Position numbers and translations under genes: made by a program. Shown in pieces: positions 1-12,156 of a stretch of DNA of 64,000 nucleotides (positions within the stretch are counted from its first letter, which is position 1; each line of letters begins with the position of its first letter). The notes beneath the pieces were generated by a model. The model was not told the DNA's origin. It did not search any database and saw nothing but the letters and a program-made list of their open reading frames with translations. The stretch is from Spongospora subterranea f. sp. subterranea (lineage: Eukaryota), in the NCBI GenBank assembly GCA_049724395.1, contig JAUGWO010000015.1, positions 62,001 through 126,000 on the forward strand, read 5' to 3'.

Positions 1-1071
1 CGTCTCTGATCGAACGAGACCTGATCCGTCTCCCGAGCAGGTACCTTGATTTCGTGGAGAACTGGCTGGCGTCGCTGCAGCTATTGGGAATCACCAACTA
101 CGTCCTGATCGCCCTGGACCAATACGCGTTAGGCAACGGGCGCTATATCGCCCATGATTGACTGAATTGTCTGAAAACTGGCTCTTGTAATAGTTACGAT
201 GTCTTAGCCCAAGCGTATCCCGACAATACGGTCAAATACCCAATGATCCAAACGGAACCGGGCCAGTCGTCCATGGCCAATCCCGACCCCAACGCTCGCA
301 ACTACGGCTCAGAGGAATTCGGGAACGTCGTCCGATCGCGCCCTCTATTGCTATTACCATTTCTTCAACAAGGTTGGTCAAACACATATCGTGCGAATAA
401 CGACCGAACTCAATATACCTTTAGGATATACAATATTCTATTCCGATATCGACACAGTTTGGATGAAAAACCCATTTGACGAGATTCGTCAAGGCGAATT
501 CGACGTTCAGGTAAATGTCTTTTCAGGTTAATCGCACACGAATTGCGATCAACGATGGGGATCGTTTTTCAGGGCGCGTCGGATTCTCATCCGGAATCGC
601 CCGACGACGCCATCGGCGACGACAACATCTGCACCGGAATGCTCTACCTGGAGGGGACGTATCCGACGATCCGCCTGTTGGAAATGTGGCACCACATATT
701 TGGTGGACAAACACGCCGACGTCAATCAGGCCAGCTTCAGCGAGGCGCTTCATCAGATCAACAGGGCGGCCAAAAACAATCACGATGTGAAGATCAGGTT
801 CAGAATTTGGGATTCGCGATCACTTTCGACCACGTTTGATTGTTGCGTTTTCAGGTACAACATCGCTGAACGCGATGCGTTCCCTCCTGGCTATATGTAC
901 TTCAAGAACGATGACCGATGGCGCAACAAGGATTCGTATGTGCCCAAAAGGGAGCCCGTTATGGTTCACGCCAACTGGGTCGTCGGCAAGAAAGCTAAGC
1001 GTCAAATGCTGAAGGACTTTGACCTTTGGCAACCGACAGGGAAGTTGCTGCCCTGCGTCTCTGACAAATAA
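1..1071 (+). CDS. Nucleotide-diphospho-sugar transferase (Nucleotid_trans/GT77-like), multi-exon, 5' end outside window
   Basis: Spliced exons read YLDFVENWLASL..ITNYVLIALD, GYTILYSDIDTVWMKNPF (DxD motif), NICTGMLYL and MVHANWVVGKKAKRQMLKDFDLW. Introns are GT-AG. Confidence 0.8.
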
Positions 1072-1328
1072 ATACATCGTGCACTGGCCGTGATTATCTA
1101 TCATATATCTAGTATTGCTGATTTGAACCGATGGCCCTATGGTCGCCCTTGCAGATGATCATCATTCGCAACTGCAATGATCGTTTGAATAATCAGTTGA
1201 GTCCGTATAGACGGGAGAAAAAATCCGGTGTATTACAGTTTTGTTATTGTCCTTGACATTGCAACGGCATCACTCTCTCGTACATCCAATAATAGGGCGC
1301 TAATAATATATCATTATTGTACAGAACT

Positions 1329-1652
1329 ATGTCCGTGGCGGACGCCGTAGTCAACCAATCATCTGCATGGTCGCCAGATGTTCGTGGGGCAATTGTGATT
1401 ATCCTTCAGCGATTACTCACCAAGGTCGCTCATCGTGATGGGAGGTTAGCGTTTTGGCCTCGTCGCCACGCGCCCCCAGGATGGTGTACCTGACTGAAAC
1501 AAACCTCGTCCCCAGAGGCTGCTCGCCCTGGGACACTGCCTTGATTCGTCGTCAGGTTTGATGTTCAAATAGATGGCTGGGTTTCCCTTTGCATCGTCCA
1601 TATCCAGGTATGGATTTCATTGGCCTTATGTATCGCATATGATTTAGTTTAA
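1329..1652 (+). CDS. Possible small spliced hypothetical gene
   Basis: ATG at 1329 and two plausible GT-AG introns give MSVADAVVNQ...RDG/RGCSPWDTALIRRQ/VWISL... No homology recognised. Confidence 0.2.
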
Positions 1653-1823
1653 AGTTTGAGATCTAGCTTTAATTGCTAGATATCTGTGTTCGCTGATGCA
1701 GTATTCGACAGAATTTACTTTAACATTGATGATTGCTCAACTTCTGAATTGCTATATTGATACAGGTCTTCAATCTAAACGTGAAACGTCAGTCCTCTTG
1801 CATATTGTGGGTGATAAATAAAT

Positions 1824-4004
1824 CTATTGGTGTGATTCGATTAAAGGCAACAATTTTTGTTTGGCATGGAGTTCATGGACGTCATCAGAGCCGCCGACGC
1901 TTTCACCATAGATGAAGACATTCGGGACTGTTCTACGTCCAGTTATCCTCTGCAGTTCTCTTTGTACATTTGCCCCATCTTCAATTTTATCTAGCTCAAC
2001 GGAGACGAACTCGACCGCCAGCGAATTGAGCAGCTTCTTGACCCGCATACAGTAGGGGCAATAAGACTTGGAGAATATTACAATTTTGGAAGAGTGGATA
2101 AGGTTTGCAACTACTTCCACTACAGTTTGAGGCTTCGCTGGGCCTTCTGGCTTTCCCAGGAGATATACTTGTGGAATCTGAATCAGTTTCGGTGGAAGTG
2201 ATCGCAAATTGAATCCACCGAATCCGGTAAATACTCGTAGCGTTTGATAATTCGGAACCGGATGCTCATGCAGCAGAAAATCATATTGCTTTTGGATCAA
2301 ATCATCATTTGACAGCCCTTCTGTCTTATCATACGCAATTGCTAGATCTGGGTCGTTCGCCGAAGCGCGAGACTCCAGTTATTGCAGCAAGATTGCCAAT
2401 AAAGACCGTGTTGTTTTGGGCTGCCAATTGATGAACAGCATCAAACGCATACCCACCTGGATAATTATGGCTTGATGCATATAAGAAAGCCGAAGATGCA
2501 ATAAACGATAAAAATAAAGGCATTGACAGGGCGGCATCAAAAAATGGAGTTCGATTTTGTTTGACTAAAAACCGATTGAATCGAATAATACCTGGATCAC
2601 TTTGAGCAATACTGTTGAGAATTATTATTCCGATCACATACCCATGGCGGCAACGGAGTTGAGTGGCACTAAGATTGGAAAGAGAAACCGTATTTCCTTG
2701 TGTGGTAAGAAGGAATATAAGAAGACCGACATCAATGCCGGTAATGCCACATCAATAGCATTCGCATCTATCAAATCATAGCTATAATGTTAATTCTAGC
2801 TTCATGCGACTGTATATTACCGAATTGAAGTTGCAACTTGGCATTTCTTAAAGCTGATATTGTTGGTAGAACTGTCAACAACCCGAATGGGATGAACACT
2901 ATTGGAATAAGCATTGCTCGTGGTCTGAAAAGCAGAATCATTCACTGCTTACATCATTAACATCAGGTTTGAACTTACAAAAACCTAGTAAAATAAGAGA
3001 AAAAAGGGTAGGTTCCCCATTGTGAACTCTTATTCTCAACGACGTTGAACAAAAAGACAGATAATTCTGGCCAAATCAGACGCTGCCAAAAAACGGAATC
3101 GATTGCCACGGTAACTGCAATGCTGACTACCGTGGCGATGAACCCTAAGACCATCACATGGCGTATGGACATCTTGCCACGAGCAAGGAACAACACAATC
3201 TGGGGAAAGGCGAACACAATACCATCACTAACGACAGATAGCAATTTTGAGAAAAAAAGGCTTTCGACGATACTGGTAATACCTTCGGAAAACCACAGAA
3301 TTGAAAGCGAACAAAACCAATGAAGTGGAATAGCGATCAGAAAGCCAAGCCGCATGAGCGAGGTTGGTCATGATCAACGAATAAGTGTTCGGTAAAAACC
3401 GACTGCTGTAGAACAGGATATGAAACTGGCAACATGTAATCTAGACAGTTACAAATAATAAACATGAACGTCGTCACAACATATGTTGCTTACTAAGGTT
3501 AGCCAAATCCCCAGTGATTTATCGCGCATTCGTCGAGATATTGCACGACGAAACGCACCGATCGATAAGACTGTGATGAGAGCGAGAACAGAGCGAACAA
3601 CATAAAGAGTCGAACAGCGAGACAGCCCTGAATCAAATTATGATATAATAACCGACATGTTCAAAGGAATCCGCCTTACCAAGAACCGACGAGACCAACA
3701 CAAACGGGTACGACAAGATTGCAAGAGCAACAGCGCCAACGAACGTTCTAGGCACTACACCGGGAAAATCGAAATGGTCGTACTAAAGACAAATTCGTCG
3801 ATAGAGAAAAACATTGGAACATGAAGATTACTGGAATATGTCTGGGAGTACCTGAGTCAAACTACGACCGTGGTAGAGTATGTCGTGCACGGCCTGAACA
3901 TTGAAACTCTCCTCGACCTTGGTGTACGGGCACGCGATGATATACGCCATGGCCAAGCCCCAGACTACAGCATCTTGCCGATCGAACCAGCCTGATAGGC
4001 CCAT
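1824..4004 (-). CDS. ALG12: ALG12 alpha-1,6-mannosyltransferase (Glyco_transf_22) with C-terminal CPYC glutaredoxin domain
   Basis: ALG12 motifs [88 protein letters not shown]. The frame continues into [12 protein letters not shown]...[16 protein letters not shown]. One +1 frameshift at about 2350. Confidence 0.88.
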
Positions 4005-4744
4005 CGGGTCCAAAACGCCAAACAACAATGACCTCTCAGCGCGTCGTGATCGCAATGTCTGTGGTAACTGAAGGAGGCCGCACGGCACGTCTCGTAATGA
4101 CTGACTTCGTTACATGAGGGTCAAAGTTGCTGTTTCCCGTTCAGTCGTCTTCAGGTCAAATCTATCTCTGACCGAAATCGTGAAGTTATTGGCTCAAACA
4201 CGTTGGGAAAAACATGGCCGGATTTGATACGATCATGTTGACATATCTTCCTTGAATCTTTACATGCTGCTCCAATCTGATCTTGACGCACCGCCCAGAT
4301 CCTGTTTTGCCAGTCCTCAATGGATCGCATGCCGGAGTGCCAAGACAAATTTCCGTAATATCCCCTTCTTCGGCGTGAGGGACCATGCTGGCACCGGATG
4401 AGGATCTGATCCTATGAACCGAAATTGCCACCTTGGCTCTCGATTTTTATTCACCAATTCCAGAACAACTGTCGAGCGAACGGCGACGATGACCGCAGAA
4501 AGGTCCATTTTTAGGAAAAGAAAACAACTGAAATGCTAGCTGTTAAAGTATTAAAGCATTCTCTGATTTTTGTGGGCTGGAAGTTGGATTTGAATGTACA
4601 TCGCCACGGTTTATCGACAATGCACTCGGCGGCGACATGACGTCCCACCAACCGAAATGCTAATTCAGAATCTATTGTGGATCGGACTGGAGACGGTTTT
4701 CACCGAATAAAATCGAGAGGTGCTATATACATTTATTTGGATGA

Positions 4745-7022
4745 TTATCTGATGAATGATGACGTATACATTGACGAAATACCATCGTTCGATGTATGAG
4801 AGACATTGGGCGATGTAGTGGTTCGCTCAACTAAAAGATGGAGTTTGGAAATTTTGGATTGCAGATCGGGTTCCTTTTCGGCAATTGACAGAATTCGCCG
4901 CAAAAGGAGCTTTGTTTTCCGCTCCGAAGGATTAAAATCGCATATTTTCGCAAGTGATTCAAGCAGGATGCAGAACTGTTCTGATGAATGACGCCATTCA
5001 TTCGACGCCTCCAAGGCTTCACACTCTTTTCGGAGAAACTCGAACGCTAACTTGACGTTGCTTTGGCGCTCGTAAAATTTCGAACATGTACGAAAGAACT
5101 TCGGATTGTCAGCGATTAGCGACGAAAGGTCTTCAAGTAGCTGAGCAGTTCTGCGAATGGTAAACCCGTCATTTCGCTCTCCCGATTCTTCGAAAACGGC
5201 TGTACATAAATTATCCAAAAGGTTCATATCTAATTGGGATTTGTTTAGCTCGGCGATTTTGAAAAAGGCGTTGATCGCGCTTTGTAAATCACCGGTTCCA
5301 ATCGAGGCTGTAAGGAAGTTGTCCCAAACTTTCCAATCTGACCCTTTTAACCGAATACAGCACTTCAATGCTTGGAAAGCTTGCGGCATTTGACGCATTT
5401 CAAGAAATGCTGCTGCTAAGTTGTTCTGCGCCTCGCCGTCATCTGGGCGAAAACAAACGCTTCGAGAGAATGCATGAGCGGCCGTTGGATAATCTAATAT
5501 TTGTAGGGCAGCATAACCCATCTGGAACCACGCCGTTGGGAACATGTGATTGATCGCAAGCGCAAGACGATAATGCTCGATACACTTCTCCCAATGCATC
5601 AATCCGAACTCAAAGTCGGCCAAGGATCGCTGCGCTCGCGAATATGAATGGGACGAGAGTTCCCAGGCAGACCGATACCATTCGGGATCCATGGTCACAT
5701 CGCCCAGAATGCATTGCAATACGGGCGAGGGTCCCCTTTCCTCCATTCTTCGCTTCAGCATACTTTGAGCCTCGTCCCGACGGCCCAGCTTCACGTGCAA
5801 CCTCATTATCGGCTCCCAGGTATCAAGTTCAGTATAAATAGCCAACGCCTAGAACAGGGCGATCAATGTTTTTCCAAATTATCAACGCGAACATCGGATT
5901 CTTATTGCTTACAGACGAGTTGAGCTGCATTTTTTCTTGCTGTTTCGCTAGAGCTAGCTTGACAGCCGATACGGGAACAGGTTGTGCAAGAAAAAACCCG
6001 GCACAAGCTCTAGTGCATGTGCCGGATTGAGCAACCGATTGACCCAATGATTCCAGTTGCTGTAGACTGCGAATTCCTTTGTGCAAATCATCGCCTTCGA
6101 GATAGGACCTTCGCAGTAGCGATCGTAGGCGAATGCTCCAGACCGACGATGATATGCTGTGTTCGATGTAGGCAAGCTGTTCAATGCGTTTGATTTCGTC
6201 GACAAGGTTCTGGAACGCGGATTAGTTCTGACGACAATGATGATAGATATCAGGTTAGCTCACTTCATAATCGATGATATCGGCCCATGAAAGCAAGATG
6301 GAGCAATGCAACGGCGATAGCGATACCTGCTTTTCAGGAGACGTGAACTGCACTTTGTCAAGAAGCACATCGTCTTCCAAAGGTATATCCTGAATGTCTG
6401 TGCACGATGGCGACTCAAAGGCCGATACACCGTCCTTAAGTGATACAGCGAGAACCAGCTGAGCGCGATCATCATTTTGGAATTTCGTCCGTTTGCCCAT
6501 GGATCCAGTCAACGTGAACGCTAAGCCCGACTTCTCTTCGGCAATCTTCAGGAAGGTTTTCGCTTTGGCATGATAACCCATTGATATTAGCCCGACAGCC
6601 GCTTCCGCTTCGACTGTACCATCGTCGCTTCCTTCCTCAATACATTTCGCAACGGCTTCTTCAAACCTTGCCGCCAATGATGGAGATGGGGCACTCAGAA
6701 AAGACTGGTGAAGCATCGCCGCATGCATAGCTAACCGGGCAGTAGCCCCATTCAAATTCCGATCGAGAATATGTTCAGCGAACAGTAAAAGCCCGGGTCG
6801 CGACACCTTAACAAGCAAATCTTCGCCGTCTAATTCAATAGGCAATGACGTCCGATATTGTTCAGGGTCAAAAGGTCCCGTAAAGTTGCTTGCAATGAAC
6901 ATATCCAGCGCCGATGATACTATATCTGCGACATTTCCAGAATTTACATCGTCAGTAAATTGGTCAACTGTCCATTGCCGATATAATTCAGGGAGCTCAG
7001 ATGCAGAACCAGAATCTTCCAT
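4745..7022 (-). CDS. TTC27: Tetratricopeptide repeat protein 27 (Emw1-like)
   Basis: GSMGKRTKFQ motif, NFTGP motif and a C-terminal TPR array (AWFQMGYAAL, GEAQNNLAAAF, WKVWDNFL). Two introns. Confidence 0.85.
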
Positions 7023-7635
7023 ATATTCTTGTTCTACCGATCTTCAAATCTAGTTCAGACCGAATGACCGGACCATAGGGTAGTTGCGGAGTCCGTAGGA
7101 CCATGGTCTTGGGACATCGCGCACAGGTAATCTGCTTTGAAATACCTTTGGAATGGACTTTCATCTTACGGTCTTGAATTAATGTAAAAAACTCTGTTTT
7201 CGTTCGAAATCATGCGGAATAAAACGCCCGATTCAACGTCTCAGGCAGGAGAGAAGTAGAGTTCAGGGAAATGATTGCCACATCAAAATCGCGTTTCTCG
7301 AGGTACACGACATCATTTAGAGTGATCTCTGTTGCATAAATAAAGTGTGGTGTTATGAAGCAACAATTCGCATGACCTTTATTGAAACTTAGGTTGTTGC
7401 CTCACAAGCATTTTTACGAAACATTTTACCTGATCAATTTACCAATTTCAGTATCAACCAGATTAATGTCGTGATTATGCATGCACTGAAAATTGTTCCT
7501 TGATATCGATGCTTGCCAAGCCTAGAGAAGATCACAATTTCCTCAAAACACTTACATACCGTCTCAAATAATCCGATGACCATTTTCAGCTCTCGCCAGA
7601 ATTCCAATACAGTAATTGGCGATTGAAATGATGGG

Positions 7636-8974
7636 TCAATGGGGAGTTTTATTGTTGTGAATGGTTGACAATACAGTATCGGTAAACTGATTGATGTTCT
7701 CGATATAAAGATGATGTCCCGACTTTTCAATTCGTACCAGCTTTGCTCGGCCGCTTTTAATCAAAGGCAGATCGGCAATCAAAGGACTGTACATCCAGTC
7801 CCTATCACCGAACATAATCGTGATTGGGATATGCTTTGGCAGATAAGACAATCGCTCGCCTATAGGATTGCGAGCATATACTCCAGCGTTTTCACCGGTC
7901 ATAACTGGGTATAACATTGCATTGAGTGACTTTTCACCTCCCTGAACATTTGTCATGAAAACACTCATCAAATGCAGCTGCTGTAATACGTACCGGTGGA
8001 GCTGCTGATATCTCATAAAGGTAGTTTGCAATCAGGACTAAATCATCTTGATTCATATTCACGAACCTTGCTTTCACGACATGATTGGTTATGCGTTGAC
8101 CTAACGGGCCAACAGCACGAACAAGTCGCTGTGGAGTGATATCCTTGGCCCAACCTGATGCGATTAATCGCTGAGCGAATGGGAGCGTTGATTTTCCCGA
8201 GATGACTGGAGCCGGTAGTAAGCCGGCAGGTGATACAAGTATCAAATGGGATACTCGATCGGGATATTTCATGGCATAGGCTGCAGATAATAAACCTCCC
8301 AAAGAATGCCCTACTAGCGCCATCTTTTCTAATTTAACAGACTTCCTCCAGGACTCCAAAGGGTCAATAAAATAAGCTTCAGGATCGGAAGCAGTATTAA
8401 AAATCAGCTCGATTAGAGCCGCCCATACCATTCCAGTCTACCGCATAGACTGATCTAGTGTTTTCTTCGGTCAACATGTCTAATCCTGCAGCCCAGAAAC
8501 CTACCCCTGAACCATAACCATGAGTTAATACAATGGGTATGGAGGGAGATTCGGTTGCTGTAGCCGGCAGTTCGACAGTATTCAACATGGTTGACCCAGC
8601 AGAGACGATGTACTGTCGCATCGGGCTCTGTACATGTCTAAACACGTTATGAACAATCAATAATATGGATTGGCGTGTAGAACCCCAAGGACCTTTTCAA
8701 TAAAGCATGTTGAGCTGCTGCTAGCCTCTGCTGCCAGGTCAAGCTAACTGGCAGAGACTTCCTCCACTGATCTAACCGCGAAATGGGAATGTCGGATACG
8801 GATTTGATCCAGTCATTCACTTGCCATATGGGGATATTCGCCAGCGCTCTCCTCCATTTCCTCAACTGACTACTCGACACGCCTGGCAGCGCTTTTCGCC
8901 ATTCATTCAGCTGCAAGACCGGGACGTTGATTCGCCTCCTAACCCTCGACCAAGCGAAACCGCAGTAGATCCAT
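7636..8974 (-). CDS. ABHD4/ABHD5 (CGI-58-like) alpha/beta hydrolase
   Basis: HGYGSGVGFW, VYAVDWNGMGGS, GHSLGG nucleophile elbow, MFGDRDWM, SGHHLY. Has introns and a +1 frameshift at about 8400. Confidence 0.85.
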
Positions 8975-9646
8975 TATTTAAAGGGTAGTGAGGAATCTGA
9001 TCATTACTGACGACTCGCGTGCATGACTGCCCCTGTGATCGTACAGACAGTAGTGTACATATGCTGTATACACTTACCGTGAAATCTTCCAGTCATCCTG
9101 TGCACGGTTACCGGTTGGTGTAACCCCTTTATTGAGAGGGCTGGCCAGGGACGTTCTTTTGCCTTGTTGGCCGATTTTGCGTCTGGGAAGAGGTTTCAGG
9201 TGAGAACACCAGTTCCATAAGAGTTAAAGCAGATACCCGTGTTCCTGAGTTTTCAATCGGGCGTACAGTTAGATTTGGACGCTGTGATGCTGGAACCACA
9301 TTACTCCGGGTAATGCACAAAGTTCTAAGATTAAACTCGACCTGATCTAATTAGGACTGGGATTCTCACTCAACCGGATTCATATCGCCGCAGTTTACAA
9401 ACGCCATCAAATTTAGTGGACATCATTGTTGAGTTTGAGATTCATGTTCAACGTCGCAAACGATATCAACTCTTTGTCTGGAGATTAGGGGGTGGCAATC
9501 AATTTTGGGAGACTTAATTTCCTGTACAGAGGTCGTCAGTACGGAAAAGGTTGAAAATATTCAGTACAAGTAATGCTTTCTGTCTCGGTCTGAGGTTCCT
9601 CAGTAGTAAATGTTCGAACGCGTTCAAGCCTATACTCCCGTTGTCC

Positions 9647-10308
9647 ATGGACGATGATGATTTACAGCAACTAGTTTTGATGGAAAGAAATAGAACCTTG
9701 TAAGCGAGGGGGCTCTAGGCGTTGCGGGCTGCAAACAAACATCGTCAAAGGGTATTGTATTCCAGTTTACTTTACAAAGATTATTGGGGTGACGACCTGG
9801 TATACTCGGACCAGCAGTTCAGGACTTGGATGCCCAAAGGATTGTTCGCTTAAAACCTAAAAGCTGTTGTGGAATACGATGACTATTTTGTCCAGAAATA
9901 GACGCGTTTAAAGTATGCGAAACCTTGAAAACATGTTAAAATCATCATGTTAATATTGATTAACAGATTTCAGCCGCTGCAAAAAATGGTTTCCTCTTTT
10001 GCCACTGGAAACAGTGCTGAGGAGCACGATGACAAATACAGAATGACTCCTCCGACAAATCGTTGAAACGATACTGTTTGGCAATCAATGCTAATTATGA
10101 AGCCTTGAGGCAGCCTACTGAACAAGACCTGACCAGAATCCTAAAAACCTCTGCGGTTGCAGGATGGCCTGGTTGTCTAGGGAGTATTGATTGCACTGGG
10201 CCTGAAAGAATTGCCCCAGTGCATGGAAAGGCATGTACCAGGGAAAGGAGGGGCACGCCACTATCGTTTTTGAAGCAATCGCCGACCACGATTGCCGGTT
10301 TTTTGCAC
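9647..10308 (+). pseudogene. Degraded PIF/Harbinger-type DDE transposase, 5' part (copy 1)
   Basis: GWPGCLGSIDC..W..KNCP..W.GMYQGKEG..TIV.EAIADHD motifs, with frameshifts and stops. Confidence 0.8.
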
Positions 10309-11192
10309 CTCAATATGTGAAACCGCGCCTGTAAAATACCAAAAACTCTTTCAACATCTTTTCTCTTCGCCAACTGATTTGCTGAATCTTCTGAAAGAGT
10401 CTTTACAAAACAATGGTATTGTGGATAAATCCCATCTGCCAACCAATAAGATATGACATACTCATTAAAATTCACTTCGTACGTCACCGAAGGAGCCTCT
10501 CCGCGCATGGCATTATCAAACAATGATGAACGTTCAAGAATATTGAGATCGTTCAAAGACTCTGGCGAACCGAAATGGAAGTGCCAAAACGGCAATCGTG
10601 GTCAGCGATTGCTTCAAGAACGATAGTAACGTGCCCCTCCTTTCCCTGGTACATGCCTTTCCATGCACTGGGGCAATTCTTCAGGCCCAGTGCATACAAT
10701 CAATACTTCCTAGACAACCAGGCCATCCTGCAACCGTAGAGAGTATTAGGATTCTGGTCAGGTCTTGTTCTGTAGGCTGCCTTCGGCTCCATAAATAGCA
10801 TTTCGTTCAACGATTCCAGGACTGTCGAAAGCGCCATTCTGTATATGTCATCGTGCTCCTCAGCACTGTTTCCAGTGGCAAGAATTCGATGAGAGGAAAC
10901 AATGATTCGCAGCGGCGTGAATCCTGGAATCTGCTCATCAATATTAACACACACAAAATTGATATGTTTTTCGCATACTTTGAAACACGTCTCTTTCCTG
11001 GACAAAATAGTCATCGTATTCCACAACAGCGTCTAGAATTTGATCGAACAATTCTTTGGGCATTCGAAACCTAGTCGTGAATTGCTGGTCCGAGTAGGTA
11101 TTCAGGGTCGTCCCAATAATCTTTGAAAAATAAACTGCAATACAATACCTTTTGACAAGGTTTGTGTTGCTGTAAATCATCATCTTCATCCA
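10309..11192 (-). pseudogene. Degraded PIF/Harbinger-type DDE transposase (copy 2, opposite strand)
   Basis: FWHFHFGSPESLNDLNILERSSLF, YWLADGIYPQY and RKDVERVFGILQARFHIL. Its 5' part is an inverted homolog of 9647-10308. Confidence 0.85.
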
Positions 11193-11221
11193 CGAACAAA
11201 AAAAAGCGTTAAACATGAGCA

Positions 11222-11750
11222 TTGCGGAGGACTCTACCGATGATCATGGGGTGGGAAAAAGAGCCCGCCATGCGCTTGATCCAGTCCGGCCGGCCCGACC
11301 AGAATGAGGACATTGCATTGTGTAAGGCTTTTGGGCAGTCACCACGGGTGCAGCTGCGTTTGACAAATATGTGGGGGAAACCACATCAACTCGCTCGAAC
11401 GACGCTCCCCCGTTCAAAGATCCGTCGGCTGTCTTACGGCAATGTTCATTCTGGATGGAACTCCGGGAACTCCGCCATGACCGCGAAACAATTGCATCTA
11501 AAACATTTGCCAACGTAGTTTTCCGAATTCCATCCAGAATTTGACACTTTGAACACTGTCGTAAGACAGACGTATTTCTGAACGGTTTGGCTCGATATGT
11601 TTTTTGAAAACGTCCGCTATCAGCTGACATTTTCTGCCAAAAAACGTCCCCCGATTGATCAGTTATGATCGTCAAGCCTGCAGCAGCTAATCATCGTCAC
11701 TTTCTTCCTCAAGAAGTGCTAGCAACAATTCGTCATCGCTGTCGAAACAT
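11222..11750. pseudogene. Possible fragments of the Harbinger accessory Myb/SANT-like ORF
   Basis: EDIALCKAF on + and DQSGDVFWQK on - resemble the EDxxLCxAW...DQxxxxFW pattern of Harbinger Myb-like proteins. An acidic DSDDELLLALLEEESDDD stretch lies on -. Confidence 0.4.
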
Positions 11751-12156
11751 CACGCATAAAGAAACACGCTTTTCGACATCAGGATAATTCCGCAAATTCC
11801 TGTTCCAAAATTTAGGATACTATCCAGAATGTAGGATTGAGGAATAGGACTGCCTGTCGTCATCCTGGCATCGTCCGTCTCCATGTTTTCAGCAGTTTTG
11901 ATAGCTGAGGCGAACGAGTTGCAGTTGGTGATTTTGATGATGACGACGATGAAGCGGATCAATGTTGTCCGGAGGCCGCACTCCGTCAGTGACAGTGGCG
12001 CGACCCTGTGCTGTACTGCATGGCACTGATACAAGGGTTACGCCACATGTGCTGAATGAATCTCATGATCGCCCATATCTGAACTCGTTCGTCAGGCGAA
12101 CCAGGCACAGCGATAGGCACATTGAAGGCGCGCCGCGTGTGTTCGACTCGCTAGGG

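Noticed and set aside
4100..4540. Short overlapping ORFs between ALG12 and TTC27
   Set aside because: I could not build a consistent gene model or recognise any homology.
10095..10595. 166-aa ORF as an intact transposase
   Set aside because: It is chimeric: the C-terminal half is the antisense of the opposing transposase copy.
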